From contig JBHLSH010000031.1 in NCBI GenBank assembly GCA_048881705.1, positions 1 through 39,229 of the forward strand: DNA of 39,229 nt. Reading direction: 5' to 3'. The translations under genes and the position numbers were made by a program. The notes under the pieces are model-generated. The model was given only the letters and a program-made list of their open reading frames with translations. It did not search any database and was not told the DNA's origin. Positions 1 to 9,640 of the stretch are shown here, piece by piece (the stretch's first letter is position 1; every line of letters begins with the position of its first letter). This stretch comes from Candidatus Heimdallarchaeota archaeon (GTDB lineage Archaea; Asgardarchaeota; Heimdallarchaeia; Hodarchaeales; Hodarchaeaceae).

Positions 1-166
1 CAAACCAATCCAATCCCTCGGCTTGACAATCAATAACCTTGACATCTACATCTGGAAGCCGCTGTTCAACGACAGCTGCTAATAACAAAATGTTGTATGG
101 CGGCGGTAAATAGTCCTGCATAATAAACCAGAAGGTTTTGGGACTTTCTACCAGGAGTAACTTCAT
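1..166 (-). CDS. Cobalamin-binding-domain / radical SAM family protein, N-terminal part (runs off the window)
   Basis: Not in the ORF track. Manual translation from ATG at 166 gives MKLLLVESPKTFWFIMQDYLPPPYNILLLAAVVEQRLPDVDVKVIDCQAEGLDWF, open to the edge. This matches the N-terminal pattern of B12-binding radical SAM proteins (LLV.P...PP..L..LAA...V.VID). Confidence 0.7.
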   Translation of the reverse strand, partial: MKLLLVESPKTFWFIMQDYLPPPYNILLLAAVVEQRLPDVDVKVIDCQAEGLDWF

Positions 167-346
167 AAGGGTCTGGTTGATTCCTGACTTCTTATTCGCT
201 CTTCCCCCAATTCAGGTTACGATTGCGATGCACTGTCTATTTGAAAATGCTTCAAATCGACTCAGGATTTAGAAACAGCACCAGAACACATTTTTCAACC
301 TTCTGAATCCAGGTGTTTTTAATTGGGGGTCCTAGAGATTTGATGA

Positions 347-788
347 AAGGTCTTTATTGGCAATGATGGTGGTGTTATACGTGATAAATATCGTGATAAA
401 TGGGCTGCAACTTTTGCCACGGGATTGCACCTTATGATACTGGTTAGCTTGTATTCAACATCGATTCCCTTGGTGCTTTTTATCATTGGGTGCGTGTAGT
501 GCGATATTTTGGTCAATAACGAACGGATTTCTTGGAAAACATGCAAAACAAAGGGGAAGCGCCTGTGGAGGTTTCATGCCACCGGCAAATATAGTACGGC
601 CGCCTGGTCCGGGATTTGATAGCATCTTGTTGACCGCTGATCACCAAAATTACTCTTTAGTCTTCGTGGTTGCTATTCTACTTTTCTGTGGAGCTCTTAT
701 CTCACCCGTACTGTTAAAAGAAACGAAAAACGAATCTCATAAAATTAGACTGATGCAAGATAGTGGTTCAGCCATGGACAGCCAATAG
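347..788 (+). pseudogene. Decayed C-terminal half of an MFS transporter
   Basis: The frame from 347 reads KVFIGNDGGVIRDKYRDKWAATFATGLHLMILVSLYSTSIPLVLFIIG (G..I.DKY..K resembles MFS motif A). After a frameshift near 480-490, ORF 486-788 continues with hydrophobic helices, RGSACGGF and a terminal LLKET. There is no upstream start or N-terminal half. Confidence 0.4.
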
Positions 789-1000
789 GGTTAAATTCCT
801 GGCCAATGGAACAACGGGTCAGATGATCGCAAATATAGCAGGGCAAGTCCCAAGGTTCGCTGAGCTCAGGATATGTCTCTAAGGTTAAAAGTTCTTCCAT
901 GGACATTACGGAAACCTCACCATCAGTATATTAATCAATATACATAACGAACCTTCATTTAAAGATTTTCTGCTTTCTCCAAGTCTTAGGTGAATTTCCA

Positions 1001-1831
1001 ATGGTGATAACGAGTGCCTTCATCCTCCCACATGGCTCAATGATTCTCGATCCTTCAAAAGAGGGAATTCCTGAGCAAATCGGCTCATTGTATAATGCAA
1101 TGCGGTTGGTGAGCGATAAGATTGCAAAAACAATGCCTGATCTGATCTTTCTATCAACGCCGCATGGGATCGCACTTGATAATGATTACGGACTATACGC
1201 AAATCAATCGGCCCGTGGTACCGCAGTATGGGATGAAGAGTATGGAGAATACGAAGTTCAGGTTCCCCTTGATCAGGATATTACAGAGCAATGTTATCAA
1301 TGGCTAAAGAAGCACGTTATTCCTGTATCCAAGATCACTTGTTTTGCCCAGAAAGTATCAATACCACTCAGATGGGGCGAAGTTGTTCCACTCTGGTTTT
1401 TAAAAGACACTAATACAAAGTATTTAATCATGTCCCAGCCCACGAGACGTTATGATCAAGCCAAGTCCATGATCCCAGAACTACGGAAGATGGGACATCT
1501 TCTAGCGGAATTTTTCCAAAAAATGCAAAAATCGATCACCGTTATTATCAGTGGTGATCTTGCCCATACTCACATGCAAGAGGGTCCGTATGGCTATTCC
1601 AAGACAGCTGAGGTTTTTGATGGTCTAATTCAAAAGTGGATAATGTCCAACGGTAAAAATCAGACGCTTCTTTTCGATAAGGCGACGAAAGTACTCGATG
1701 AAGCCATGGCTTGTGGATTTACGGGGCTTGTGCTACTCCAAGGCATTTTAGAGAAAATATCTCTTAAATCAGAGCTGCATGCCTCGGGCCATCCAACCTA
1801 CTACGGCATGACCGTGGCTACATTTCAATAA
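1001..1831 (+). CDS. Class III extradiol dioxygenase (LigB)/MEMO-like fold protein
   Basis: Motifs PHGSMI, STPHG, SGDLAHTH and a C-terminal PTYYGMTVATF are typical of the LigB/MEMO superfamily. Confidence 0.75.
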   Translation: MVITSAFILPHGSMILDPSKEGIPEQIGSLYNAMRLVSDKIAKTMPDLIFLSTPHGIALDNDYGLYANQSARGTAVWDEEYGEYEVQVPLDQDITEQCYQWLKKHVIPVSKITCFAQKVSIPLRWGEVVPLWFLKDTNTKYLIMSQPTRRYDQAKSMIPELRKMGHLLAEFFQKMQKSITVIISGDLAHTHMQEGPYGYSKTAEVFDGLIQKWIMSNGKNQTLLFDKATKVLDEAMACGFTGLVLLQGILEKISLKSELHASGHPTYYGMTVATFQ

Positions 1832-1842
1832 GATGATGAAGC

Positions 1843-3015
1843 ATGCCCACATTTGCAGTGCTTGGCCTTGGACTGATGGGCCAGGCCATATGCCATGATC
1901 TACTCATGAGTGATCCCGAATACAATGTGATCGGGTTTGATCGGGATAAGACAACACGAACCAATGCTATGAATAAATTTTCTTCGTTTAAAGAGAGGTT
2001 TTCAACCATCGAGCTAAATTTGTCCGCTCAAGATGATCCCGAATCCCATTTCCTAAAGAACGTTTTTCGCTCATCAGAGGTAGCCGTGGCTTTTGGAGCG
2101 ATCGATTACCAGTTCAATCCGTTTCTTACCAAATTGTCTATTAACGCAGGTTGCAGTTTTATAGATTTAGGGGGTAACTCAAACATCGTCCAAGCCCAAA
2201 GACAACTCCATCGTGCTGCAGAAACTGCAAGGGTCACAATAATTCCTGATTTAGGCTTGGCTCCTGGGATGGTAAATATTGTTGCCGCAGGATGGATGAG
2301 AGAATTCCAAACTCTCCATGAATGTCATCTTAGAGTAGGAGGATTACCACAACGACCAGGAAACCTCTTGAAATACCAAAAAGTATTCTCAATCAGAGGA
2401 TTAACCAACGAATATTTGGAAGATGCCGTTATTCTCCGTAATGGTCGTATGACTACTGTACCTGCCCTGACAGGCGAAGAACATCTCTCATTTCCTAAAC
2501 CGTGGGGAGATTTGGAAGCCTTCCATACAGGAGGAGGTTCTGGAGGCCTCCCCAAATTATATGAGGGAAAAATTCAACACCTGACGTATAAAACCATTCG
2601 ATACCCTGGTCACTTTCAATATTTCATTTTATTAAAAGAACTAGGATTATTGGCATCTCAATTCCCACCAGATCCCACAATATCTCCCCGTGAGGTGTTA
2701 GAGTTTGGTTTGGAACAATATTTGCCTAGTAACGCCCCTGATGCGGTTTTGGTACAGATTACCATTACTGGGATCAGGGAGGGTGCACGACAAACTCGGA
2801 CATATCAATTAATCGATCAAATGGATCCAAAAACGGGATATTCTGCAATGGCTCGTACCACCGCATTTCCGACAAGTATTATTGGGCAGTACATTGCCAA
2901 GGGAATCCTAAACACTCCAGGTGTACTCTACGCGGAAGAGGCCATCCCTATTGAAGTATTTCTTAATGATCTAGAGCAACGACAGATTAAATTCGAAATG
3001 ATAGACTCCAAGTAA
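1843..3015 (+). CDS. Saccharopine dehydrogenase / lysine 6-dehydrogenase family NAD(P)-dependent oxidoreductase
   Basis: Rossmann GLGLMG; DLGGN, GLAPG, RVGGLPQ, GLTNEY, KTIRYPGH and AMARTTAFP motifs. Confidence 0.85.
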   Translation: MPTFAVLGLGLMGQAICHDLLMSDPEYNVIGFDRDKTTRTNAMNKFSSFKERFSTIELNLSAQDDPESHFLKNVFRSSEVAVAFGAIDYQFNPFLTKLSINAGCSFIDLGGNSNIVQAQRQLHRAAETARVTIIPDLGLAPGMVNIVAAGWMREFQTLHECHLRVGGLPQRPGNLLKYQKVFSIRGLTNEYLEDAVILRNGRMTTVPALTGEEHLSFPKPWGDLEAFHTGGGSGGLPKLYEGKIQHLTYKTIRYPGHFQYFILLKELGLLASQFPPDPTISPREVLEFGLEQYLPSNAPDAVLVQITITGIREGARQTRTYQLIDQMDPKTGYSAMARTTAFPTSIIGQYIAKGILNTPGVLYAEEAIPIEVFLNDLEQRQIKFEMIDSK

Positions 3016-3021
3016 TACAAT

Positions 3022-3861
3022 TTAAATCACCGGGATGGCAACGGGATCAGGACGTTCCCAATGAAACCTAACTTCGGAACTATGCTGTGCTGATGCTCGG
3101 TAATCCGGAATTTCAGCTCGGAATTCTTCGATCTTTAATATTATATACTCGGGAGAATGTCGACCAATGGCGTTCCTAGCGAGATCTATGGGGATCCATC
3201 CCAGAATCGGAGAAAAAACTTCGGCCCAAGCGTGAGGGATTAAAGAGTCTTGAGAGACAGTAAAGCCCGTAAGGCGACGAGCGGGAATCCCACGAGCCCG
3301 TGCAAAGGTAACAAAGAGATCTGTGAATTCATCACAGTCTCCTGTTCCCGTTTTTAGAGCCTTGATTGCTCCGAGACGAGTGGGTAATGCCGTGCGTTCC
3401 GTGATTTTTGTAACGATGTGACGACTAATAGAGCGTATCCAAGAGCAAAGGTTGTCATCCCGAAACCAATCTAATTCTGTTGTTTTTTGAATCATTGAAG
3501 AATTTAGTGGCCAATACTCGGATGGAGTCTCGTATTTCCTTGTTATAGAATGTTCTAACGTTGAAATCCTCCCCCAATCTCTGTTTAAAGAAGTAAAAGA
3601 AGGTGAAGGAGTCACCTGAATCTCTCGGTCTAGGCTAATTCGACCTCTTGAACCCATTATTTCTTGGAAACTGAAAAAGGCGTTCATACCCTTCTTTTTT
3701 AGTTTACATTTTGATGGGGCATGAATAACACGGGACTCCTGTCGATATGCTGGATAAGTATAGAATTTAATTCTAATGGATGGAGTACCACCTCGAGTCC
3801 GGTACGTTAATGTTTCCTGATGACGGATCCGCCAGCTACGGACGGGTGTATTGCTGTTCAA
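3022..3861 (-). CDS. Transglutaminase-like cysteine protease domain protein
   Basis: GDCDEF (catalytic Cys), ARARGIPARR, HAWAEV (His) and WIPID (Asp). Confidence 0.85.
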   Translation of the reverse strand: MNSNTPVRSWRIRHQETLTYRTRGGTPSIRIKFYTYPAYRQESRVIHAPSKCKLKKKGMNAFFSFQEIMGSRGRISLDREIQVTPSPSFTSLNRDWGRISTLEHSITRKYETPSEYWPLNSSMIQKTTELDWFRDDNLCSWIRSISRHIVTKITERTALPTRLGAIKALKTGTGDCDEFTDLFVTFARARGIPARRLTGFTVSQDSLIPHAWAEVFSPILGWIPIDLARNAIGRHSPEYIILKIEEFRAEIPDYRASAQHSSEVRFHWERPDPVAIPVI

Positions 3862-4012
3862 GTTGGTTTACTCAAAAAACTCGAAAAAGAGTATGGAATT
3901 TATCCTTTTTTGAAAAAAAATCCGCGAAAATGTGGAATCAGAACCAGGGGAGATTACCCCTTTTTCTTTTGGTTATACGATCTCCTCGATTTTCTGATGA
4001 AAAAAGAATAAC

Positions 4013-4735
4013 TCAGGTTTTATCCGTGTATTCAATGTCTCTGGACAGCTTTTTTGCGCTCTCGATATAATTACGAAGATCTGATTTATATGGAGCAATT
4101 CCTTCCCAACCTGATTCAAGAATGTAGGTATTTAAATGATCATACAAGTTATCAACTTCCCATTTCGCAAGGTCTTCTGGGGATTTAATCCCCGCATTAT
4201 GAAACAATCTGGTAAACTTCTTCTTGACATAGCCGACTCTCACCAGATCTGAAAGTTGAACCAGCTCTAGGATTGTATTGGGAGAGATTCCAGCTTTTTT
4301 AGCTAATTCCAATCGTCTGGAACCTGTTCGCCCCGAGGTCCGCATTTGATCGACATTCTTGATCCCTATCTTAGCCAACTTTGTAACGGCATCTGGATCA
4401 ATATCCAAGAATTCTTTAAGAGGAAAGGGCCCTTGTTTTGCCTTTCGGGGTTCTCTTAGTTTTTGAGCCGCCAAAGCCATTTTAGAATTCTCGCAAGCCT
4501 TGAAATACTGCACAAAGGCATACAAAACGGTTCTGGCTGACTTTCTAGATTGTTGTTCGTAGATTTCCACATATTCCTTTAAATTAGTAGCATCTGCATT
4601 ATTTACATCCTGAATGACAATCGGTCTTGATTTTAAAAACTCTTCAAAAGCACTTACAATATTTATATAGCGTTTTATCACATTAGGCTTTCGTCCCGTT
4701 TCTTTAAGGTACTTTTCAAACCTTTGTACATCCAT
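4013..4735 (-). CDS. DUF4332-domain protein with an N-terminal integrase SAM-like helical domain
   Basis: The N-terminus FEKYLK..GRKPNVIKRY...V..F..FL resembles the integrase SAM-like domain. The C-terminal HhH-like segments (LAKIGI, RRLELAKKAGIS...ILELVQLSDLVRV, LFHNAGI) fit DUF4332. Confidence 0.65.
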   Translation of the reverse strand: MDVQRFEKYLKETGRKPNVIKRYINIVSAFEEFLKSRPIVIQDVNNADATNLKEYVEIYEQQSRKSARTVLYAFVQYFKACENSKMALAAQKLREPRKAKQGPFPLKEFLDIDPDAVTKLAKIGIKNVDQMRTSGRTGSRRLELAKKAGISPNTILELVQLSDLVRVGYVKKKFTRLFHNAGIKSPEDLAKWEVDNLYDHLNTYILESGWEGIAPYKSDLRNYIESAKKLSRDIEYTDKT

Positions 4736-5578
4736 CAGGATCCCACAGTAATTTTATGGCCAGGATATTGCTGTACTATTCACCAGAATTTTAAATCTTT
4801 AGATACTGGTGAGTTACTTTGGAACAAAAGGCGGCACTATTACGAAATAATAAAATATAATGTCACATTCACAAAAAACGACAATTTTAGAGTGACAGAA
4901 GGATTTCCTCATTATTTAACCGCACGAGATAATGTTCCTTTTTTGTCCACTCGGATTTCTGAAAATCAGCATACATCACTTTGGGTTGTAATCTGTCGAG
5001 AAAACAGAAGAACTGTTGATTACCACCCGCTTTCCTATTCCCTAAACGTATCTCCGTGAATATTGCTAGAGCCAATAATTAATTTACAGGACACTGTTTT
5101 TTTGTCCGAGGAGACGAAGGATATCTTGGACACCAGTCTGCCTAAAATATTTATTTTTGTCGGAGTTGGGTGTCATTACAGTAACATTCATGGTTATTTT
5201 TTGGATCGATATGTCTTAGGAAATGAGTGCTAGAGTCAAATCTCAAGGAACGAGCTACGGTGAGAAATAGCTTTCATTTAGCAAGAGCGCCCAAAGCTGA
5301 TCCATCCACACTTCCTCTCGGAACGTACAGTATGGATAGGTTTTATCCGACCATCCCTTACGAAGTCTTTGAGATTCTGGTTCAAGAAAATGGGTTCTCT
5401 ATATACGATGAAACCGGTGTCAAGTACGCTTTAAACGATTTTTTGGAAGCTATCAATCATAGTTTTTCGGTTAGTTCCATTCAGATCATTCCCCTCTCCT
5501 ATACTTGAAACTGATTCATTCGTTATAATATTTCCCTTATGAATTTATTATGTTAGTAGAAAGCCAAAAAACTGTCTA

Positions 5579-6460
5579 CTACGACTTTGACTCTTTGAGA
5601 ACGTTTACCAATGTATCGTATTCTTTATCTTGAGGATCCACTATATAATAATCTAGGGCCTCTTGCAATTCCTGGGCATTTTTGAAACCGGGAATTACCG
5701 TGGTTATTCCTTCGTGATCAAGTACGTAAGCTAGGCATCTGGCTGGCATATGATCTGTTTTCGGAAATTTCATTTCAAACATCTCACCACCTGACTTTAA
5801 CCTTGGTACACGTATCTTCCTCCCAGTTTTTAAAAGATGGCCACCCGCGTAAGGTTTTATAGCAACAAAGGCGGTTTGAGATTCATAACACTGTTGAACC
5901 AGCCCTTTTCGATCTGGTATTTCTTCAGCCAACAGGTTGAATTGGCTCATTAACATATCAAACTTTTCTGTTAGTACCGCCTTGCGAATAAGCTGAGGAT
6001 AATGGCTACTAAGCCCGATGTACTTCGTTTGTCCTGTTTCTCTTAATTCCTCGGCAAAGGAAATTAATCCCGATGATTTCATGATTTTCTCATACTCCTT
6101 TGGATATACATTCTGGATAATTGCAATATCGGCTGATTCAATCTTCAAGTGAGACAACGCCTCATCGAAGGCCCTTCTAGCAGATCCAGAACTTCGTAAC
6201 TTTCTATGTATTCCATTTATCGCTCCAGCCCCTATATGAATTGCCAGAATCAAGTTCTCGCGCATTGGTTCTATTACCTTACCAATAGCTTCTAAATAAG
6301 AAGGATATGCGTAAACAATGTCAAAATAGTTAATCCCCGCATCTATCGCCAAGTGCAAAGTTTGATCGATAGTATCTTGTGATTGACGCACGAAATGTTC
6401 AGTTCCTACCCCTATTTCACTGATTTTTAGCGAGGAGCGACCTAGTGCTCGATATTCCAT
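5579..6460 (-). CDS. Aldo/keto reductase family protein
   Basis: MEYRALGRS.LKISEIGVG, GINYFD, IGLSSH, AIKPYAGG and VIPG motifs. The catalytic Lys/His positions look substituted (LAIH, IIQN). Confidence 0.85.
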   Translation of the reverse strand: MEYRALGRSSLKISEIGVGTEHFVRQSQDTIDQTLHLAIDAGINYFDIVYAYPSYLEAIGKVIEPMRENLILAIHIGAGAINGIHRKLRSSGSARRAFDEALSHLKIESADIAIIQNVYPKEYEKIMKSSGLISFAEELRETGQTKYIGLSSHYPQLIRKAVLTEKFDMLMSQFNLLAEEIPDRKGLVQQCYESQTAFVAIKPYAGGHLLKTGRKIRVPRLKSGGEMFEMKFPKTDHMPARCLAYVLDHEGITTVIPGFKNAQELQEALDYYIVDPQDKEYDTLVNVLKESKS

Positions 6461-6521
6461 AAGATCTCCTCTTCCTACCCATTATAATAATCACATGATT
6501 GAGGTAAAAACTGGGAATGTT

Positions 6522-6748
6522 GGAGGCTATTAGGCCCACCGCGAGGCGTGAGGTTCTGGTCCTTGCATCTGATCTGGTATTCACTTCTACTACCTCCAAA
6601 GAGGTCAGTTTTCCACCTTCGTGAACCATTTCCATCATTAGGCGGGCTTCTCTATATGTCGCCCACATGGAACCCGTGTTCCTGTCCCTGGCGCCTCCGA
6701 TGGGCACAAAGAATCAACATCGAACGATACATGTAAATAATCAACTCC
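6522..6748 (-). pseudogene. Arginase/ureohydrolase C-terminal remnant with frameshift
   Basis: GVDYLHVSFDVDSLCPSEAPGTGTRVP, then a 1-nt frameshift near 6662, then TYREARLMMEMVHEGGKLTSLEVVEVN...T.RLAVGLIAS. Both parts match the arginase C-terminus; the N-terminal two-thirds is absent. Confidence 0.8.
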
Positions 6749-6798
6749 TACTAGTACCATAGGAATTGATATATCAGGAAGATCACGAAGAAACTCGT

Positions 6799-7485
6799 TT
6801 AACATCGGAAAGAACTTATCTGCCATTGAACCGATTCAAGATACTGCCGCGCGAAATTTGCATAGATTTCAGGAATCTCACATCCCCCCAGTTCTGTAGT
6901 GCATTCATAGAACGGAACATTCCCTTGTACTTCCGCGAATTCCCGTGCCTCCTCCAGATCTACTTGTCGATCTACCTCTAGATCGGCGTTATTTCCGATA
7001 ATCACAATTGGTGTATTACTACGATCCTTATTTGAACGAAAGTCCTCTATTAATCTATCTAGCGATTGAAATGATTCTCTGATGGTGACATCATAGACGA
7101 TAATACAACCTGCGACTCCTTCGAAATATGACTTTCTTATATTGCTGAACATCTCCTCGCCAGCAATATCCATGACAATTAGTTTAATTGGTATGTTATT
7201 AACAATGATTCGATTTGTAGTAATATCTACACCTAGTGTGGGGAAATAATCCTCACTAAATGTGTTTTCGGCATATCTACGAATTAAAGGAGTCTTATTA
7301 GCACCTGGCGATCCAATTACACAGATTTTGAGAATATACTCATCTAGGATCTGCACAGATTTTGAATTGAGAGAATCCTGTATCAATATATTAGCTTTCC
7401 GATGTTTCTTGGTTCTTATGTGCCTTTTCGATTTTGGATCTTTTAACTTTGAACCACAAACATCGCAAATTGGCATAGTTTTCAC
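6799..7485 (-). CDS. Rab-like small GTPase with an N-terminal C2H2 zinc finger and degenerate G-motifs
   Basis: LKICVIG-SPGANKT, PTLGVD, DIAGEE, YFEG..GCIIVYDVT.RESF and IVIIGNNAD give a Rab/Ras fold. The N-terminus is CDVC-x11-H-x5-H. The start is GTG 7485 or ATG 7476. Confidence 0.85.
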   Translation of the reverse strand: MKTMPICDVCGSKLKDPKSKRHIRTKKHRKANILIQDSLNSKSVQILDEYILKICVIGSPGANKTPLIRRYAENTFSEDYFPTLGVDITTNRIIVNNIPIKLIVMDIAGEEMFSNIRKSYFEGVAGCIIVYDVTIRESFQSLDRLIEDFRSNKDRSNTPIVIIGNNADLEVDRQVDLEEAREFAEVQGNVPFYECTTELGGCEIPEIYANFARQYLESVQWQISSFRC

Positions 7486-7708
7486 TTTAATGTCCTAGAA
7501 AAAAATAATAAACTCAATTAGTGGTTTTTTTGACTTTTGCCTATTAAATCAGGGAGTTTTCATTAAAAATTTAACTCGAGAATATTTCCGGGTTTGTCGG
7601 TTTTTCATCGATTCTGATGGACCATCCGCAATGTAATGCTTTAAGAATGGTAGCTTGCTACTATCAAGCGGTAGCGCAATAAAGCATAAATAACGTGAGA
7701 AGTCCGAA

Positions 7709-8173
7709 ATGGAGCAACGGCCAAAATTCCTGTCACCACACGAGTTTGAGGTGTTCAGACGGGTCAATGCGGGCATGTCAAACAATCAAATTGCAAAGGA
7801 TCTGGATAAATCCGAAAATAATGTACGAAAAACTAAAACTATTGTTAGAAAAAAGATCAAACGGGAATTGGAGAAAATTGCGAATCTTTTAAGATTAGAT
7901 ACGAGTACGAGAACTATCCATACAGGAACAGGGATTCTCACAGGGTTTGATTGGATTCATAACACCTTGGTGTATATTATATTAGCAGGGGGGGACATTG
8001 TAGTATGGTATGTCCATGAATGCTCACCAAAATGCCAAACGGGATGTCGAACTACCCTGAATCAGATCCAAACCGACTATGGTGTCCACATAAAGAAGAA
8101 AAGTAACGAACACCTATCTATATTGCAGGAATTTAGAGAAACAATAGCGCAGATATTAGATGAAGGAGCCTAA
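7709..8173 (+). CDS. LuxR-like helix-turn-helix transcriptional regulator with a C-terminal His/Cys cluster
   Basis: LSPHEFEVF....GMSNNQIAKDLDKSENNVR is a LuxR-type HTH; the C-terminal part contains HECSPKCQTGC. Confidence 0.65.
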   Translation: MEQRPKFLSPHEFEVFRRVNAGMSNNQIAKDLDKSENNVRKTKTIVRKKIKRELEKIANLLRLDTSTRTIHTGTGILTGFDWIHNTLVYIILAGGDIVVWYVHECSPKCQTGCRTTLNQIQTDYGVHIKKKSNEHLSILQEFRETIAQILDEGA

Positions 8174-8176
8174 AAC

Positions 8177-8854
8177 ATGAAAACAAATGAATACAACATT
8201 CCAGGGGTTAAAATAATTCACGGGGAAGGTACCATCCCCCGTCAGGTAAAAAAGATCTACCCGTCAAATATACTTTATGTAAAGTATGCTGTAAGTACTT
8301 TGTTGATATGGGGCGTCTTAGGAGCCGTTTTTGCATTTTTGGGTTTCCTGTTTGGGCTAGATACGACAATTCCCCAGGATTTTGCCGATGTATGGTGGGG
8401 AATCTTTTGGGTGGTGGGATTGGTTGTCTTCATTCCAGCTTTGGTTCTTTCATACTTCTATGTGCAGACAATGGAATTCATCGTACATGGAGACGAGATA
8501 ATTGTGGCTAAGGGGATCTTCAATCGAACTATCAAATATTGTCCCTTTCGGACGGTTACGAACATCAGTAGCAGAGCAGGTCCCTTGGATAGGATCTTTG
8601 GCATTGGAAACATCCATGTACAGACTGCAGGCAAAAGTGGAGCCCAGAGCGGCCCCGAGGAGAAGCTGGAAGGTCTTCCTCTCTATCAAGAGATTCGTGA
8701 TTATATAATCAAGGAACTAAGGGCCTATGATGCGAACTCCAAGAGCAGAAAACTGGAGTACGCAGCAACAGAAGACCAAAATGTCATTTATAAAGAATAT
8801 CTGAAAGAAATCCGAGAATTAAAAGAAATAATCAGAAAAAAAAGAGGTAAATGA
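8177..8854 (+). CDS. Membrane protein with a bacterial PH domain (bPH_2, YdbS-like)
   Basis: Two TM helices, then the bPH_2 pattern I.V.KGIFNR....PFR.VTNIS...GPLDRIFGIGNIHVQTAG. Confidence 0.8.
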   Translation: MKTNEYNIPGVKIIHGEGTIPRQVKKIYPSNILYVKYAVSTLLIWGVLGAVFAFLGFLFGLDTTIPQDFADVWWGIFWVVGLVVFIPALVLSYFYVQTMEFIVHGDEIIVAKGIFNRTIKYCPFRTVTNISSRAGPLDRIFGIGNIHVQTAGKSGAQSGPEEKLEGLPLYQEIRDYIIKELRAYDANSKSRKLEYAATEDQNVIYKEYLKEIRELKEIIRKKRGK

Positions 8855-8855
8855 A

Positions 8856-9515
8856 GTGTATGACGAAATTTTAGAAGGTGTTCCCTTTCATCCTTTGGGT
8901 AGATTCAGAAACAAGTTAATTCTGTGGACAGTTACAGGGATAGTGATCATCGGTCTTGGAATCATTGGGCTGTTCACTTTGATAGGATTCGTTTCGCAAT
9001 TCGATAGTGATCAGTCCGCCAGCGATTTTCCGTTTATTATCACATCAGAGATCTTCTGGATCTGGTATTTTGCCTTGAGTCTGATTGTGGTCGTAGTGGC
9101 AATTATCCTGGCAGATTATTACACGCGAACCATGGAATTTCAAGTGTTAGACAAAGAAATTATCGTACGCAAAGGCATCCTAAACAAAGAGGAGAAACAC
9201 GTACCTTTTCGAACGGTGACCAATGTTAGTTCTCGATATGGTCTATACGACCGTATTTTTAGCATCGGAACGGTTCAGATCGAGACAGCAGGGAAATCGG
9301 GTCAACAAACTGGCCCAGAAGCCAAGATAGAAGGGATTCCGAATTTTTTAGAAGTAAGAGATTTGATTCTTATCAAACTGAGAGAGTACCGTGGCCAGTA
9401 CGCTACCACAACTGAACTAGAACCTGTTTTACCTTCAGTGAGTGCACCCAAACACGATTTTCATCGCCAAATGTTGGCAGAGATTCGAGAAATCAAGGAA
9501 ATTCTTCGAAGCTAG
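8856..9515 (+). CDS. Second bPH_2 (YdbS-like) membrane protein, tandem paralog
   Basis: Two TM helices, then VRKGILNK....PFRTVTNVS...GLYDRIFSIGTVQIETAG; visibly paralogous to the upstream gene. Confidence 0.8.
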   Translation: MYDEILEGVPFHPLGRFRNKLILWTVTGIVIIGLGIIGLFTLIGFVSQFDSDQSASDFPFIITSEIFWIWYFALSLIVVVVAIILADYYTRTMEFQVLDKEIIVRKGILNKEEKHVPFRTVTNVSSRYGLYDRIFSIGTVQIETAGKSGQQTGPEAKIEGIPNFLEVRDLILIKLREYRGQYATTTELEPVLPSVSAPKHDFHRQMLAEIREIKEILRS

Positions 9516-9640
9516 CTACCCTGCCCCCCCTTCTCTTTTTCCTAATGTTTGAGAGGAGGAAATTTCTCCATTGTCAACCTTTTATTTGGTGGTTTCAATA
9601 GTTAGCTCCTCCCATTATATTGGTTCAGGAGTGAAAAAAC

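Noticed and set aside
4724-5508. ORFs 4724-5059, 4887-5075 and 5227-5508
   Set aside because: No recognisable motifs or SD, and they overlap each other or the neighbouring gene. Possibly gene debris, but unsupported.
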